This document shows, in pieces, positions 35,883 through 37,609 of a DNA stretch of 37,609 nt. A program made the position numbers and the translations under genes. The notes beneath the pieces were generated by a model. The model saw only the letters and a list, made by a program, of their open reading frames with translations, made no database searches and was not told the origin of the DNA. The DNA comes from a virus (lineage: Duplodnaviria > Caudoviricetes). Position 1 is the first letter of the stretch. Each line of letters starts with the position of its first letter. The stretch is from IMG/VR virus record IMGVR_UViG_3300012665_000335, positions 1 through 37,609 of that record; one strand, 5' to 3'.

Positions 35883-37609
35883 ATGGCATCAATTATTCGT
35901 ATCAAGCGTTCAGGAACTACGGCTGCAGCGCCATCACCATTAGCGAATGGTGAATTAGCGTATTCAGCTGCCGCAGGAACGCAAGGAAACGGTGGCGACA
36001 GGTTATACATCGGTTTCGGTACTGAGACTGCTGGTAACGCAGCTAACCAGTTTGTCATCGGTGGTAAATACTTTACTGACATGTTGGACCACGTCCATGG
36101 TGTTGTTACTGCATCCTCCGCTTTAATCGTTGACAGCAATAAGAAACTAGATGAGTTGAATGTCGATAATCTGACATTGAACTCTAACACCATTAGTTCC
36201 ACAGATTCTAACGGTAACATTCTTATAGATCCAAATGGTACTGGCTATGTTCAGATCGTTGGAACTAACGGTCTTGTAATTCCAGTTGGTACCAATGCTC
36301 AACAAGGTCCAGCGGTACAAGGTGCGATTCGTTACAACTCTGAGATCTCTCAGTTTGAAGGTTACTCTGGCGCTAACTGGTCTTCACTAGGTGGCGTGCG
36401 TTCTGTTGATGGTCTAACATACATCACTGCAGAATCTTCCCCTTCTACTTCTGACGACACTCTACGATTCGTCACTAATAATACGTTGGCGATGTCTATT
36501 GATACAGACTCGCTTGACATTCAAAGCAAGATTGCCACAACAACACTAAATGCTACAACAGTATCTTCAACTACATCTAGCGGTGCATTGGTTGTTGTCG
36601 GTGGTGTTGGTATTGGTGGAAACTTAAATGTTGCAGGCGACTTCGGTCTATCAGGAGCTTTTGTTCTAAATGGTGACGTAGCTGTTAATGGTGGAGACTT
36701 ATTCTCTACTGCTGCCACATTTAACCTTTTAAATAAAGACTCTTCTGGTTCTTCTACCAATGATGGTCCAGCTACTGTAAACGCTTTCCTTGGCGCAACT
36801 ACAGTAAGTATCGGTGCAGCAACTGGTACAACTACAATCAACAACAATGCTCAGGTAAATGGAACATTAAATGTTGATGGCACTACTCAGCTAGATGGCG
36901 CAGTTACTATTGCTGCATCTGGAACACGTTCCAACTTAACAGTTTACGGTGCAGTAATTGATATCTCTGCAACCGATAATAGCACATTCGGTGTTACCGC
37001 TGCAACTGGTAGCGCTATCACTCAAGTTATCCAATCTACCAACTCTGTTGGTGATGCGCACTTAGACATCAACGTCAAGAACGACTTTACTCTTGATGCT
37101 ACCTCAGTTTCTATTGACTCTACAGACAATAGCAACTTAACGATGACCACTAACAGTGCATCGAACAAGACTCTAACAATCAATGCAATCAACAGTGGCG
37201 CTGGTGAAGCGATTATTGCTCTTGGTTCTAGCTCTACTGACAAGGTAAACATTACCTCTGAAGGTACAGCTGGTATGATCTTGTTGACTTCTAACGAAGT
37301 CCAAGCTGACGTAAATACTCTAGACATTAATGCTAAGAACGTTACTATTGATACCGTTGGTAGTGGTAATAGCATTATCGTCACTTCTACTGATACTACA
37401 GTTAATGCTTCTACAGTAACCTTCCGTGGCACTGCTGGCGCTGGTACTGATATGACATTGACCATGACTGGTCAATTGAACGTAGATAATGTCCGTATCG
37501 ATGGTAACACCATCTTTACAACTGACAACTCTAACGTGTTGTACCTTGACCCTGCTCCAATGGCAGACAACGGTGGTACAGTTATCATCAAAGGTAACTT
37601 GCAAGTTGA
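35883..37609 (+). CDS. Tail fibre protein, 3' truncated (>575 aa; absent from the ORF track)
   Basis: GGAG RBS, ATG at 35883. Translated by hand: MASIIRIKRSGTTAAAPSPLANGELAYS...GDRLYIG...IGGKYFTDML..., IPVGT....G.IRYN....FEGY.G.NW and S.TSGALVVVGGVGIGGNLNV.G. Frame is consistent to the window end (...IIKGNLQV). The N-terminus resembles Mtd-N-type attachment domains. Confidence 0.88.
   Translation, partial: MASIIRIKRSGTTAAAPSPLANGELAYSAAAGTQGNGGDRLYIGFGTETAGNAANQFVIGGKYFTDMLDHVHGVVTASSALIVDSNKKLDELNVDNLTLNSNTISSTDSNGNILIDPNGTGYVQIVGTNGLVIPVGTNAQQGPAVQGAIRYNSEISQFEGYSGANWSSLGGVRSVDGLTYITAESSPSTSDDTLRFVTNNTLAMSIDTDSLDIQSKIATTTLNATTVSSTTSSGALVVVGGVGIGGNLNVAGDFGLSGAFVLNGDVAVNGGDLFSTAATFNLLNKDSSGSSTNDGPATVNAFLGATTVSIGAATGTTTINNNAQVNGTLNVDGTTQLDGAVTIAASGTRSNLTVYGAVIDISATDNSTFGVTAATGSAITQVIQSTNSVGDAHLDINVKNDFTLDATSVSIDSTDNSNLTMTTNSASNKTLTINAINSGAGEAIIALGSSSTDKVNITSEGTAGMILLTSNEVQADVNTLDINAKNVTIDTVGSGNSIIVTSTDTTVNASTVTFRGTAGAGTDMTLTMTGQLNVDNVRIDGNTIFTTDNSNVLYLDPAPMADNGGTVIIKGNLQV

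Noticed and set aside
12439-36735. Additional TAAATA hexamers deep inside genes (e.g. ~12441, ~33985, ~36730)
   Set aside because: They match the consensus more weakly and lie far from start codons, so they cannot be distinguished from chance in AT-rich coding sequence.
63-37604. Numerous 60-150-aa minus-strand and alternative-frame ORFs in the track
   Set aside because: All overlap long, motif-bearing + strand genes and have no recognisable motifs. They are the shadow ORFs expected from biased codon usage.
35883-37609. Diversity-generating retroelement suggested by the Mtd-N-like N-terminus
   Set aside because: There is no reverse transcriptase or adenine-mismatched TR/VR pair in the window. 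The gene's C-terminus lies outside, so a DGR cannot be excluded genome-wide.
1-37609. tRNA, CRISPR arrays, intrinsic terminators
   Set aside because: Intergenic gaps are at most about 41 nt, and none shows a cloverleaf, regular repeat-spacer pattern or GC hairpin with a U-tract.

Overview
The window is a dense, co-directional (+ strand) tail and baseplate morphogenesis cluster of a T4-superfamily myophage. It resembles environmental or cyanophage-type T4-likes more than coliphage T4 itself. The order is gp48 (partial), gp53, a probable hub protein, gp5, a gp5.1-like gene, PAAR (gp5.4), gp25, gp6, gp7, gp8 and a 2607-aa DUF4815/VrlC-like structural protein. An array of small adaptor-like genes and fibre genes follows, including a 3428-aa giant and a fibre running off the right edge that is missing from the ORF track. 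T4-type late promoter motifs (nnTAAATA) lie at several gene junctions. I saw no RNA genes, CRISPR arrays or mobile elements. The most interesting signals are: (1) tiny proteins that join a fibre-type N-terminal motif to a terminal peptide (IAxxxALA-stop twice, DGGNF-stop once), each directly upstream of a candidate partner, suggesting a plug-and-socket system for building branched fibres; (2) a gp5 spike carrying both a GH24 lysozyme and a C-terminal M15 Zn-peptidase, like an evolved VgrG; (3) a gp7 decorated with at least 10 LLxE(D/N/S/T)G motifs and three CBM-like modules; (4) Russian-doll nested domain insertions in the giant protein; (5) apparent absence of CCGG. All family assignments come from motif recognition and synteny by eye. 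No database search was run.
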